Positions 17,504-28,564 of a stretch of 64,000 bases of DNA are shown in pieces (the stretch's first letter is position 1; the number at the start of each line of letters is the position of its first letter). Made by a program: the position numbers and the translations under genes. The notes beneath the pieces were generated by a model. The model did no database searches, had not been told where the DNA came from, and saw only the letters and a list, made by a program, of their open reading frames with translations. The stretch covers positions 1 to 64,000 of IMG/VR virus record IMGVR_UViG_3300044712_001255, one strand, 5' to 3'.

Positions 17504-20500
17504 TACGAAAGCAAACGTTTCACTTAACGTTAACATTGCGACAATAGTGCCCTGGAACGTCGCCAATAGCACGCCAAATACGACATCAGTGACTACGTCT
17601 GTTTCAAAGACTAAGTCTGAGACGTACTTGTTAGCCACAAATCGTCATTTTTCTGGTGGTACATTAGGATCACAATTCTCAACAATATCACAAATCATTA
17701 CGAATATTGCTGATTTTAAGATTAGCACATCAAGTCCGGGCACGGACTCTAAGAGGGCGTACTTGAGTTACACGCATCGTGGTAACAATGTCATTCCAAA
17801 TAAACCTCTAACTGTGCGTCAATTTGATAACGTTGAAAAACTACTTGGTGTTGTACGAACGAGACCGGAAGTTATCATGGTCTCAGAATTCGTACCGCTG
17901 TATAACAAGTTAGATAACACAAATGGTACACGTACACAAACAGATGCAGGCGCATACGTAGACGCTAAGTTTGATTGGCACTCCATACAAAGACAAAAGC
18001 TTAGCAACATCTTGAATGGTGTTTTTTCAACTGCAAATGAGCAAGATACTAATGAGATAACAACGCAATTTGCAGACTATTCAAAGAAGATTGATCAAAT
18101 CATAACAGTTGCTCAAGATCTACAGGCGATCATTAACAAGGCGAATACAACAAAAAAGCAATTTGACTTCAGGAATCTACCATATCCAAGCATTGAGAAT
18201 ACTTTGCAAGGCAACTGGAGCACGTACGACACATACGTCGACCCAAATAACAAAAGTGTAACGCTAACAAAGAAATCAGCGCTATTGAGTTTTGCGCAAG
18301 CTTCATGGGGCGACAGCGTATCACTTGCGCAGTTTCTAGGATTGATGGGATATCAGAATGACAACATTGAACAACAATACACTTCCACCAAGGTATGGTT
18401 GCAAGCGTTGTATGAAGCAAAGTCAATGTTTGAAACGCATTCTTTGTCGTTAGCTGATCTGTCAAAAGTACAACAAGCAAGAGACACAAATTCATCAAAG
18501 TTATTGAAACCACCAGGGCGTTTCATGTTTAATGATACGTCAAATAGCTTCGATAAGGAATCAATACCAACCATCACTGAGATCATCAGTATGACGACAA
18601 CGTCAAATCTGAGCAGAAGATCTTACTTTTCAAATGTAATAGCTGGCGCATATGTCAGTTTGTTTCGTGAAATCCCGGGTGGTGATGTCATTAACGCGTC
18701 AACGTATTTGACATTGCTTAGCAAGGAATTTCGTTACAGCTATGGGTTAGCGACCAACAACGGACTAGGATCATTTTTTCGTAACATAGGATTTATCTCT
18801 CAAACAGCTGCGGCTCCTGGCGCAAATTTGAGCGTTTTTGCAAACATATTTGGTACGCTATTTGATTTTCCAACTACTGATCGTATCTTGATTGAAAACA
18901 ATTTCAATAATCAGTCGCTAGCGTCAATGTGTTGGACGTTTGACAAAACGCGTAATAACGGGCTCGTATTGAACACGCAGGCAATTGCAACAAATGGTGT
19001 GCAATCTGGCGCAGAATACTACGTTGACAGCGTGTTTGACATTGCAAATATTGTAGACGCTAATAAAGCATTTGATTTGACACGTGTCAAAGATTACGTT
19101 ACTGTAATCGATCAGAAGCTTACCAATTTACGTGGCGCTGCCCGAGCAATGAATTGGTTGTCAGAAAAGTATGATGAGAAAAAGGTCAACGCGGGCGGCA
19201 TAGAAGACCCGGCATTATACTATGATTATGTTTGGAAATTCTTTGTAGACAAAGATTCACAAATGATTCGTACGAATGACGGTATAGTTTCAGCGTTGAT
19301 GCGTTTAGCGAGGGATGATTATGAAATACGATCATGCTTGTTTGTGCTTATTCTAAACTTAATTTCAAGAGCAAATTTTGGTGGCACGTTTCCACCATGT
19401 ACCAACACGGCAGAACGCGATAACACAATCACACAGTTGTCACAAAAAATCATTTATCTGCTTGGACGAAAAGCGAATGTGTCATCAAAGAAGATAACTG
19501 TGAGAAATACGTCAATTGATTATGAAGCTAGGGCGTATGCTAAAAATAATAGTGGATGTTCAGAGGATGACATTCATGAAATTTTGACGCTACGAACGAA
19601 GGATTCAACGCTCGATTCGCTCATAATCTTTATGAAGTCCGTTTACTCAGCATTCAAAAGAAGCGGTGTGATATCTGGCGAAAATCGTACCATGTATTCT
19701 GGCGCAAAGGACACGGTTGTGTTAATGACCGTATTTCATGTTATTTGCATGATCTTTAAGCGTCATTCAAATTTCAAATTTGATATATCGAATCGTGTCA
19801 ATCTAACGGTGATTTCAGAAAAAAATCAACCACGCACATATGATGTTATTGTTGACAACTATGTTGTAGGACCAAATCTCATTAGCGTCAAGAGCGGACA
19901 AAAAATCGTCAAAAAGACGTACGATGCGTGGGTGTTCTCAGCATCAAAGGTGAAGCAAATCTTTACGTTAACAAATGATCAAGCAGTTTCTCAACAAGCA
20001 ACGACGAATCTTTACAACGCTCGTGTTCTAAATCAACAAATGATCACAAGCAAGTTGAATGCAGAGAAAGCTTTGCACATAGCTGGGTACGTTGCGTTGT
20101 TTGGTACGATAAAGCAATTTAGAGACAATCTACAATCGTTCATCTCTTTCGTAGAGATGCGTGAGACTACAAATGGATTCCAGAATATCTTGACACTCAT
20201 ATCAGGGTTGAGGCCAGAATATCGTAACATTCTGTTCTCAGAACAACAATTAATGTTGTTGATTTCTTCAGCATATGATGCATTTGGGGCAAATCAATTG
20301 CAACAACGCGCGCACCGTCACTGGACAGAGCCCGCAATCAACCAGCCTAGATTTGAGCTTAATTCTCTTGAAGAGAACGTTGTTGATACAAACTTACGTA
20401 ATATGTTCAACGCAACGTTCAATGACGGCATGTTCGCGTCAAAAACAGCAGCGAATAAACACATTATCACTGTTGGTTTACCAACGGGATTCATTGAAAA

Positions 20501-21656
20501 GCTCAAACACGACACAGCTGTTAGCACAAATCCAAATGCAAAACCGGTTGTTCGACAAAATGATTTGATTCGATTGAGCGTGTACAAGGTAGACTTGCGC
20601 TTCCCGGACATAGCATTTGTGCCACAACATTTTGTGTTTGAAACTACTAGATTTGCTATCAAAGATCCAACAAAGCGTTTTTACATCAGCGATTACGCAA
20701 CAATAGACGATGTGATAGATGCATTCCCAACACGCGATTTGCTGCAAAATAGCTTTACTAACAGTCCAAATTCAGTGTTTTACGGCGGCAAAATATTCCA
20801 AAGCGTTGAAGTTGCAATGGATACACCTGATTACAGCTTTTTGACAACTGCACAAAAGCGCCGCATTCAGTTGAATCATGTTGTAAGCTACATGCTTGAG
20901 ATCTACCTTAAGGCGCTTACAGATCTCAACGTTTCTGAACGAGCGTTTTGTTTCAATCCTGATGACAATAAAAAACAAGTGAATGCAAAGTTGCTAGACA
21001 TTCTTGTACGTTGTAGATTGCAATCAATCATTTCAACAGGAACACCAGCGTCAATAGTGAATAACACCCAACGTGCTGACACGTCTGGTTACTTGTTTGC
21101 CAATAGCTGCAATGTTGCGTTAGACTACACACAGAATCTTCTTTCACTGCGAGATAATTCAAGGGCAACAGTATCAGGAGACATACAAACTATCCTGAAC
21201 GGTTTAAATGACACTAATCTCGATACAGTGATGCATGAATTAAGAATGATCAATGAGCTGGCAAACACGTACAGCGGCCTTACAAACGCAGACGCAATTA
21301 CGAGATCATACTTTTCGCCACGAATGTACGACAGAATTTTCAATATTATCGTAGATCCTGATGATTTTGAAGTTGACGTTGATAAGACAAATCAATCAAA
21401 ATACGGTAGCAAACTGTTAGGTAGACTTGTTAATCCCGGCGACTCCACACAGGCGGAATTTGAAGACGTACGAAATGTGCCATATCGTAATTCAACGGCA
21501 CGAATTGTTGGTGGTGAATCATTTGTGAATAGATCACATTCATATATGTCATATGAACCAATCTATAAACAGCGCTTTCGTGATAAGAGTTCTGGTGATG
21601 TTACATTTGAGAAATATTTCATTGTTGCGTCAACTTATGATCAGGTGATTTCATGA
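17490..21656 (+). CDS. Very large putative virion protein (about 1390 aa)
   Basis: Uninterrupted ORF; start moved to ATG 17490 because of a GGAGGT SD. Confidence 0.6.
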   Translation: MSTANTKANVSLNVNIATIVPWNVANSTPNTTSVTTSVSKTKSETYLLATNRHFSGGTLGSQFSTISQIITNIADFKISTSSPGTDSKRAYLSYTHRGNNVIPNKPLTVRQFDNVEKLLGVVRTRPEVIMVSEFVPLYNKLDNTNGTRTQTDAGAYVDAKFDWHSIQRQKLSNILNGVFSTANEQDTNEITTQFADYSKKIDQIITVAQDLQAIINKANTTKKQFDFRNLPYPSIENTLQGNWSTYDTYVDPNNKSVTLTKKSALLSFAQASWGDSVSLAQFLGLMGYQNDNIEQQYTSTKVWLQALYEAKSMFETHSLSLADLSKVQQARDTNSSKLLKPPGRFMFNDTSNSFDKESIPTITEIISMTTTSNLSRRSYFSNVIAGAYVSLFREIPGGDVINASTYLTLLSKEFRYSYGLATNNGLGSFFRNIGFISQTAAAPGANLSVFANIFGTLFDFPTTDRILIENNFNNQSLASMCWTFDKTRNNGLVLNTQAIATNGVQSGAEYYVDSVFDIANIVDANKAFDLTRVKDYVTVIDQKLTNLRGAARAMNWLSEKYDEKKVNAGGIEDPALYYDYVWKFFVDKDSQMIRTNDGIVSALMRLARDDYEIRSCLFVLILNLISRANFGGTFPPCTNTAERDNTITQLSQKIIYLLGRKANVSSKKITVRNTSIDYEARAYAKNNSGCSEDDIHEILTLRTKDSTLDSLIIFMKSVYSAFKRSGVISGENRTMYSGAKDTVVLMTVFHVICMIFKRHSNFKFDISNRVNLTVISEKNQPRTYDVIVDNYVVGPNLISVKSGQKIVKKTYDAWVFSASKVKQIFTLTNDQAVSQQATTNLYNARVLNQQMITSKLNAEKALHIAGYVALFGTIKQFRDNLQSFISFVEMRETTNGFQNILTLISGLRPEYRNILFSEQQLMLLISSAYDAFGANQLQQRAHRHWTEPAINQPRFELNSLEENVVDTNLRNMFNATFNDGMFASKTAANKHIITVGLPTGFIEKLKHDTAVSTNPNAKPVVRQNDLIRLSVYKVDLRFPDIAFVPQHFVFETTRFAIKDPTKRFYISDYATIDDVIDAFPTRDLLQNSFTNSPNSVFYGGKIFQSVEVAMDTPDYSFLTTAQKRRIQLNHVVSYMLEIYLKALTDLNVSERAFCFNPDDNKKQVNAKLLDILVRCRLQSIISTGTPASIVNNTQRADTSGYLFANSCNVALDYTQNLLSLRDNSRATVSGDIQTILNGLNDTNLDTVMHELRMINELANTYSGLTNADAITRSYFSPRMYDRIFNIIVDPDDFEVDVDKTNQSKYGSKLLGRLVNPGDSTQAEFEDVRNVPYRNSTARIVGGESFVNRSHSYMSYEPIYKQRFRDKSSGDVTFEKYFIVASTYDQVIS

Positions 21657-23509
21657 GTGTATCTCAACCCTCTAAGTCAGTACACATTGTTGAATTGCCA
21701 CGTCCCGACAATTTCGCAGTACAGTTTCGATACAACTATTTCGTTTCAGACGAAAGCGTCGTAGAGAACGACACAACATCAAAATATGCAACGAAAAAGG
21801 TGTCAGATACGCCTGATTCTGTATTTGAACAAATCGTTACGTCAAAGGTGCCACGTTGCAACATTTTACGTTGGTCGATGGTGAACTTGAGAATGTTTGG
21901 TGCATCAAATACGTCAACAGAAGACAACACGGGTCTGATTACAAAGAACTTTCAAAAGATTGTCAATGAAGACACGTGTTCAGCGTATGATTTTGTTGCC
22001 ATCCTATTTCAGGACCCTGGCATAGCGCAAAAGATATATGACGCCGTTTCTGGGTCATATTTGCAACAAGGCATTGATACGCCACGCAGTATGATTGATA
22101 ATGTGTATCGTTCTTCGTTGAAGGTTGAACTATCGGCGCCAGCTGACATCAATCCGACATTTGTGAACAACGCTATGGTGCAACCGCTGCGTGGTCATGG
22201 CGTAATAACAGAATCACAGAATCCATTTGGACGTGACGCAAAGGTTGCGTCGTATCTTAAATCGTTGGAAAAGGTGAATGTCAACGCATCGATAAATGCG
22301 CGATTGTTGCCTCAAATGCTGCAAAACGCAGTGAATGACCCAACCGTTGATGATCCTGCTGATTTTAACGCATTGTTAGAATCTGCGCAATCTATTGCGG
22401 CAAATACACAAGGAAATACTGGAGACGTTGCTGACCAAGATTTTGATACATTCGTAACGCACTTTGATGTGCACATCACAGAAGATCCTACATCACAGGA
22501 TACGCCACAACAATTCATTCGAAATGTTGGGTATGTTATTGAAAAGTTTGAATTGCGTTCTGACGGGTCATTTGATAACAAGGATCCTATCATCATTGAA
22601 AATCCACGTATAAGTGAATTCATAGATTTGCAGGCTCGCTACGGCGCAACGTACGCTTACAAGATTCGAACGATATATGAGATTCGGCTCACGGCAATTG
22701 ACGCAATAACCAACCAATTCGTGTTGCTAAGGTCTTTGATAAGCTCAAAATCTACAAAGTTGAATTACGTTGGATGCGTTGAAAACATACCTCCGCCCCC
22801 GCCAGGCGACGTGAATTTTGTGTACGATCGAACTCGTATCAACCCAAATGTTGGTAAACCTGGTTCATTGATGATTCATTGGTCATTTCCCGTGAATTCG
22901 CAAAGAGACATCAAGCAATTCCAGGTTTTGCGTCGACGCTCGATTGATGTGCCATTCGAGGTACTGAAGATATATGACTTCGATGATTCTGTAGTCAAGG
23001 CGACATCACAGGAATCTTATGATGTCAACATCATAGAAAAATTCACGTCACCTCGCACCTTTTGGTATGATGATGACTTCTTACGTGGCTCTCACTACAT
23101 CTATGCAATATGTTGCGTCGATGCTCACGGCTATATTTCAAAATACAGCGCTCAATTTGAAGTGTGGTTCGATTCATACAAGAATGAATTACAGAAACGT
23201 ATTATAAGTCACCAGGGCGCCCCTCGTCCGTATCCAAATCTGTATCTCGAGAATGAGCTATTTGTTGACACTATCCGTGTCAAAGGGCAGAGATCAAAGA
23301 ATCTTGAGATCTTCTTCAATCCTGAGTACTACGAAATCACCAATAACTCAGGACGATCAATTGCATCGTTGGCTACCTCGGCAAACGGTAGATACATTTT
23401 GCAGTTTATCAACGTCGATAATCAAAAACAGCAAACGATTGAAATCAACATTGACGATAACGATCGACAGGTTGGAATGTATCGTCAGATCCCAACAAAC
23501 GTAAGATAA
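21653..23509 (+). CDS. Putative virion protein with Fn3-like C-terminal part
   Basis: PPPPGDV...LMIHWSFP...QFQVLRR...YIYAICCVDAHG pattern. Confidence 0.55.
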   Translation: MSVSQPSKSVHIVELPRPDNFAVQFRYNYFVSDESVVENDTTSKYATKKVSDTPDSVFEQIVTSKVPRCNILRWSMVNLRMFGASNTSTEDNTGLITKNFQKIVNEDTCSAYDFVAILFQDPGIAQKIYDAVSGSYLQQGIDTPRSMIDNVYRSSLKVELSAPADINPTFVNNAMVQPLRGHGVITESQNPFGRDAKVASYLKSLEKVNVNASINARLLPQMLQNAVNDPTVDDPADFNALLESAQSIAANTQGNTGDVADQDFDTFVTHFDVHITEDPTSQDTPQQFIRNVGYVIEKFELRSDGSFDNKDPIIIENPRISEFIDLQARYGATYAYKIRTIYEIRLTAIDAITNQFVLLRSLISSKSTKLNYVGCVENIPPPPPGDVNFVYDRTRINPNVGKPGSLMIHWSFPVNSQRDIKQFQVLRRRSIDVPFEVLKIYDFDDSVVKATSQESYDVNIIEKFTSPRTFWYDDDFLRGSHYIYAICCVDAHGYISKYSAQFEVWFDSYKNELQKRIISHQGAPRPYPNLYLENELFVDTIRVKGQRSKNLEIFFNPEYYEITNNSGRSIASLATSANGRYILQFINVDNQKQQTIEINIDDNDRQVGMYRQIPTNVR

Positions 23510-23611
23510 ACTGCATGTTGCGATTGAGTACGATATGTTTGATTGGCTGGTATCTCGAGCGTAAGGGATACATATTGGTGCGGTTGAAGCAGCAAAGGAC
23601 TAGATAACAAC

Positions 23612-24328
23612 ATGGGGTTTCTTGATAATAGCACAAATAACCTGATTCTTGACGCTGTGTTAACTGACACAGGGCGTCAGTTTCTTGCGCGTAATGATGG
23701 AAGCTTTTCAATTCACAAGTTTGCGCTTGGTGATGATGAGGTGAATTACGGTATCATCACCAAGTACGGACGCACCGTGGGTAAAGAGAAGATCGAAAAA
23801 AATACACCGATCTTTGAAGCGTTGACTAGCCCAACGCATGCCCTGAAGTACAAGATGGTTTCTGTCAGTAATCCCAATCTAATTCGATTGCCTAATTTTT
23901 CGTTGACAGGTGATCAGAACGTTGATGGATTGAACCAGACAATCACGCTTGGCCGCAATACGTCTAAAACCGCAACGCTGACGATTCAGCAGGTGATCAA
24001 GAATGAATCTCAGATTGACGTAGAACTAAGAGATTCTACGTTTATTGTTGAGATCCCGAACCTATTCGTTGAAATATCTCGTGATACGCCAGAGAACATC
24101 GATGGCCAGCAGCGTGCTACGTACATTATCCCACGTTCTCCGACTGAAAACTCATTCGGTGGATCTGCGGTTCAATTCACGCTTGCCGTCAAGTCGTTGA
24201 CGGACGCAACGTTTACGGTGTATGGTTCAACCGCAAATAAAAACAAGATCAATGCATTCATGAAGGTAACAGGTGTTCAATCGGGCGCCGTAATGGATGT
24301 TTCACTCATCATCGATAAGCTGCTGTAA
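23612..24328 (+). CDS. Putative baseplate/tail structural protein
   Basis: MGFLDNSTNNLILDAVLTDTGRQFLA...FALGDDEVNY; paralog of 14016. Confidence 0.6.
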   Translation: MGFLDNSTNNLILDAVLTDTGRQFLARNDGSFSIHKFALGDDEVNYGIITKYGRTVGKEKIEKNTPIFEALTSPTHALKYKMVSVSNPNLIRLPNFSLTGDQNVDGLNQTITLGRNTSKTATLTIQQVIKNESQIDVELRDSTFIVEIPNLFVEISRDTPENIDGQQRATYIIPRSPTENSFGGSAVQFTLAVKSLTDATFTVYGSTANKNKINAFMKVTGVQSGAVMDVSLIIDKLL

Positions 24329-24339
24329 GGAGTTAGAAA

Positions 24340-25578
24340 GTGCCCATCTTCAAAGAAATTTTGCCATCTGACGTCAAGACGACTCGCACGTTTTTGAATC
24401 AGCTTATCGACGTATTACAGGAAGACGTCAGCGCATCAGTATCTCGTAGAAAATACCAAGTGTTCGTCACTGGCGGTGTGGGTCCAGGAGTGACAAGCTC
24501 ACTTTTCCAAACCGTGTATGATCAAGATTTTACGCTTCAAACGGCAAATCCAATCTTTGATATCACATTTGGTATTCGTCCTGGTGGCACAATTGTGGGC
24601 ACCGCACAGACTGGAACTGACGCCGCTGGTAAGGAGCTGTTCAGAAGCTCTTCTTTGATGATGAGGGAAAAGCTCGATAACTATAGACAGTTTGCAAAGG
24701 CTTTGTTAGGAACCACTGACGGCATTTTCACTGCGCCATTTGATTCCAGTACTACAACTGATCAAATGGATGCTGCGCTATTCATACCATTCAAGCGTCT
24801 TTTTGCGAGAGACTCCATTAAGCGTGAAACTTTCGCGATGAAGTTCTACGTGTCAGCATCAGCTGTTGGCCCAAGTGGTCAGACTGATTCATATTCGTTC
24901 AATCCTGGCACAAATTGGGGTACTAATTTATATGTGCCTTCAACTAGCGGTTCAACGATCTATACAGATGTAGGGTCGTCAGCTAACAAACTGTTTACGT
25001 TCGGTGGTCAGGTAGGAAATATCGTAAACTCTGCCGATACATCGCAAAATGTTGGGTTGATGTTCTACGATCGTGGCGTTGCTGTATTTGATCTTGAAAA
25101 GATTACAAGCGCAAGTCAGTTCATGTCTGGTACCATTGATGCAATGTCTCCATTGGGACTCACGGTGTTGGGTGGAGCTAGCACGGAGACTTGGAAGAGA
25201 TCAAAGTTCTCTCCAGATTTTCTTGTGTCTGCTAGTATTGATAACGTAATTGATCATCTTTGCTACTCCAGATTCGGTAGTGGTAATGCTACGGCAATCA
25301 CGTTCCAAAATATCACAAATATCAATTCAACCTTGATCTTTTGTAGGGCGGCCGCTGATGAATTCAATTATTCATCAAACCCAACGTACATTGATTCTGA
25401 CAATCGTATTGTTGTAATTGACAATGGACAGGAAGACACACAACAATCATTTACGTTCATTACGTCTGTTGGACTATATGATGCAAATGATAACTTGTTG
25501 GCCGTAGCAAAGTTGAGTCGTCCAGTTGAGAAATCGCCCGAGAGAGATCTCACGTTACGTATCAGACTAGACTTCTAA
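24340..25578 (+). CDS. Putative baseplate/tail protein
   Basis: C-terminal ITSVGLYDANDNLLAVAKLSRPVEK...RIRLDF, a tail-fibre-attachment-like motif. Confidence 0.65.
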   Translation: MPIFKEILPSDVKTTRTFLNQLIDVLQEDVSASVSRRKYQVFVTGGVGPGVTSSLFQTVYDQDFTLQTANPIFDITFGIRPGGTIVGTAQTGTDAAGKELFRSSSLMMREKLDNYRQFAKALLGTTDGIFTAPFDSSTTTDQMDAALFIPFKRLFARDSIKRETFAMKFYVSASAVGPSGQTDSYSFNPGTNWGTNLYVPSTSGSTIYTDVGSSANKLFTFGGQVGNIVNSADTSQNVGLMFYDRGVAVFDLEKITSASQFMSGTIDAMSPLGLTVLGGASTETWKRSKFSPDFLVSASIDNVIDHLCYSRFGSGNATAITFQNITNINSTLIFCRAAADEFNYSSNPTYIDSDNRIVVIDNGQEDTQQSFTFITSVGLYDANDNLLAVAKLSRPVEKSPERDLTLRIRLDF

Positions 25579-25601
25579 CGTTGCCATGTGCGTTGTGAAC
25601 G

Positions 25602-28121
25602 ATGACAATCGTATCTATAAAGGATGATGACGTCACAGCATTTTCTGTTGTAACCACGCCTACGCGCTATTACGCGTCTAGTTCAACTGGTGGTGTCACT
25701 GGCTCAGTACATCTCTATACACATCGATCAACAATCGAAAAGGAACTTCATCCGTTAGATGCATTCATCGATCTTACACACGATGATGCAAATATCGAGG
25801 CGATGATTGAAGACATACAATCTGCTGTAAAAGTTGATCCAACGATCAACTTTTCTTCTAGAATGCAGGAGTATCTCACAAAAGTTCATCAACAATCATC
25901 GTCGGCTCGATTGGCACAAACGCATGATGTGATTCGATTTACTCCCTCTGTGTCATTTACGTCCAACACAGCACGTAAGCTTATCGTAAAGAACATTTTG
26001 AATGCGTATTACAGGGTGGTGTATCCATCTGCCCAGTGGGCGTATACAAACTACAATAGCCTAAACTTTTTCACATCATCAACTGTTCCTGAATCAACTG
26101 CTTTGTTGTACCCGATGCAACCTAGTCCTGTTGAGCACATTGATCACGTAACTGGCACATACATTCCAAGCGGGGCGTTTAGTTTTGACTTCTACATCAA
26201 TGCTCACCACGCAACAAATCGTGCAGGCACAATCTTACATGTTTCATCAACATACGCGTTATCGTTAGTGCCTGGATCGTATCTGGACGCTAATGGCCAA
26301 GCCGAAGCGTTCCGATTGATGTTACAACTAAGCCACTCGGCTGACGTACCACCTTCACGTGCAATGTCTTTGGCTGGGTCTGGGTACCCTAATGACTTGA
26401 TATTTTTGTCGAATAACAATTCTATTAAGAAAGACAATTGGCATCATGTGATTGTTCGTTGGGGAACGAAATTTATCAATGATGGAACAGGATCATTCGT
26501 AATTGATGGCGTAGAGTCTGGACAATTCTCATTACCGTCTGGAACAATTGCGCCGCTTGAATATGCTTCGCCTCAAGGTGATCCTGACATTCTTGTTGTC
26601 GGTAACTACTATGAAGGTAAGAACACCGGGAATGATGCGCAAGCACTATTCTTTGCTACAAGTCCAGCAAAGCGTGATGGGTTAGCAGAACTTGTTGGCG
26701 CGATTGAATCAATTGATGAACCTGCAGATTATTGGTTGCGCCACCCACTCAACGCTGAATTACATGACGTTGCAATACGTCGTCGGTATTTGACAGATAC
26801 TGAAATCACGATATCTGGTAATAAGGCACCTGAATCGTTAGACAATTCATTTGCGTTCTACCTTCCACCATTTTTCGTGCAAAGTTCTTCTTTCCGCCAA
26901 TATGTCTTCGGTCACGGTGGTATCATGCAAACGCCGTTCTTTGAAGTTGACGGAACAACGGACGACCCATTCAATATTGCGCTATCATTTGGTGTAAATG
27001 GACATTACATCAACCTTGAAAACTTTGTCAAGGATTTTGCGTCACATACATTCCCGCGCATCTTGGATTTGACTGGGTCCACTATAGATCATACCACAGA
27101 AGCGCGACCAGCTAATGAATTTTTGTATGATCAGATGTCAGTACGTAAGCGTAATCTGACGTTGTTACCATGTGATGATGGCAACTTCATACCTGGATGG
27201 GAGTTGCTACAAAATGAGACTCGTGCCACGAAGTTAGTTGATGATCTTGGTAATCAAGATCTTTCATTGATTCACATTGACAACATGGTAAACGAAAAGT
27301 CATTGTTGTTTGGTACAGAATTCACTGACATTTTCAACACGAGTTATGATAACGCCGTAGCTCAGGCAGCGTGGGCAACTGGTACAACGTCTCTTGATGA
27401 AAAATCAACGCAGTTCATTAATGAGTTGATTGGATTCACGCCAGAACAACCTGGCATGCTACCTGGTTCTGCGTTTACTCATTACGCTAAATCTGTTGAT
27501 GCGTTAGTCGCGTCCGGTACATATGAACCAGGCGTTGCAGCTGATTCACCACTGACAATTTTCAATCGAACGAGAGACCCAAGCAGCAATCAGGTGACGT
27601 TCTTTGATATTAGCAATCTATTTTATGGTGATCGTATCTCGCCAAAGTCATTGTCAATAACAGACAACAACATGACAGGTTCGGGCGGCGCCATTTCTAT
27701 TACGTTGAAAGACAATGGAAATGGTGGGTTGTATCGTTGCGATTGTTTGACGCCAGCTGCTACGTGGAACAATGTTGGTAATGTTTACTACGATGAAGGC
27801 ATTGTTTTGATCAAGAGCCCTCACCTCTATTTCTTCGGCAAAGACCAGTATCAACTACAGTTTAAGGGTGAGAGAAAAGTACATGTGATGAATACTAGCG
27901 TGATCGCTGACCGAAATCATATCAATTCATCTTCGAATCCAAATTGGATGGCGTTATCAGCGTCATCTGCGCCGGCAGATCCAGATCCACAGTTTGTTTA
28001 TATCACTGGATTGAACTTTCATGATGAGAACTTGAATGTTGTCATGAAAACACAACTTGCACAACCCATCATGAAGCGTCACAGGGATCGCCTGGTATTT
28101 CGAGTAAAGTACGATTTTTAG
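25602..28121 (+). CDS. Putative baseplate/tail protein with LamG-like domain
   Basis: FSFDFYI...WHHVIVRW...FVIDGV (LamG-like); C-terminus paralogous to 24340. Confidence 0.65.
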   Translation: MTIVSIKDDDVTAFSVVTTPTRYYASSSTGGVTGSVHLYTHRSTIEKELHPLDAFIDLTHDDANIEAMIEDIQSAVKVDPTINFSSRMQEYLTKVHQQSSSARLAQTHDVIRFTPSVSFTSNTARKLIVKNILNAYYRVVYPSAQWAYTNYNSLNFFTSSTVPESTALLYPMQPSPVEHIDHVTGTYIPSGAFSFDFYINAHHATNRAGTILHVSSTYALSLVPGSYLDANGQAEAFRLMLQLSHSADVPPSRAMSLAGSGYPNDLIFLSNNNSIKKDNWHHVIVRWGTKFINDGTGSFVIDGVESGQFSLPSGTIAPLEYASPQGDPDILVVGNYYEGKNTGNDAQALFFATSPAKRDGLAELVGAIESIDEPADYWLRHPLNAELHDVAIRRRYLTDTEITISGNKAPESLDNSFAFYLPPFFVQSSSFRQYVFGHGGIMQTPFFEVDGTTDDPFNIALSFGVNGHYINLENFVKDFASHTFPRILDLTGSTIDHTTEARPANEFLYDQMSVRKRNLTLLPCDDGNFIPGWELLQNETRATKLVDDLGNQDLSLIHIDNMVNEKSLLFGTEFTDIFNTSYDNAVAQAAWATGTTSLDEKSTQFINELIGFTPEQPGMLPGSAFTHYAKSVDALVASGTYEPGVAADSPLTIFNRTRDPSSNQVTFFDISNLFYGDRISPKSLSITDNNMTGSGGAISITLKDNGNGGLYRCDCLTPAATWNNVGNVYYDEGIVLIKSPHLYFFGKDQYQLQFKGERKVHVMNTSVIADRNHINSSSNPNWMALSASSAPADPDPQFVYITGLNFHDENLNVVMKTQLAQPIMKRHRDRLVFRVKYDF

Positions 28122-28128
28122 TGATGTC

Positions 28129-28527
28129 ATGCCAAAACGCAAACGTCGTAGACGTAGCAGATATCATAGAGGTCTACATCAATCGACAAAATTGACGAAT
28201 GGACCGGCGAAGTACCGCAGTGGCTGGGAGCTTGCGTATATGCAATGGCTCGATACAGAACCCTCTGTATTGAATTACGCATATGAAGTCATGAAGATTC
28301 CTTACTTGAGCAACGTGCGTACAGGTAAGATGCGCAACTATTTCCCTGATCTATTGGTGAGTTACGTAGACGGTCACCAAGAATTGATTGAGATTAAACC
28401 GTCTCGTAAGGTGAAACAGGCCACTAACGTGAAGAAGGCTAAGGCTGCTCAAGTATGGTGCAGTGCCCACGGTGTCACACTGAAAATATTGACAGAGCAC
28501 GAATTGAAGAGCCTAGGCGTGTTATAA
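28129..28527 (+). CDS. T4 gp4-like head completion nuclease (TnsA-like PD-(D/E)xK)
   Basis: YRSGWELAYMQWLD...YEVMKIPY...YFPDL...IEIKP. Confidence 0.85.
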   Translation: MPKRKRRRRSRYHRGLHQSTKLTNGPAKYRSGWELAYMQWLDTEPSVLNYAYEVMKIPYLSNVRTGKMRNYFPDLLVSYVDGHQELIEIKPSRKVKQATNVKKAKAAQVWCSAHGVTLKILTEHELKSLGVL

Positions 28528-28529
28528 CG

Positions 28530-28558
28530 GTTTATCTACGAAGTACTGGTGTTACAGT
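28530..28558 (+). promoter_or_regulatory. Promoter GTTTAT-17-TACAGT, 6 nt before ATG 28565 (predicted leaderless)
   Basis: Hexamers and spacing read directly; no SD. Confidence 0.6.
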
Positions 28559-28564
28559 GGCATC

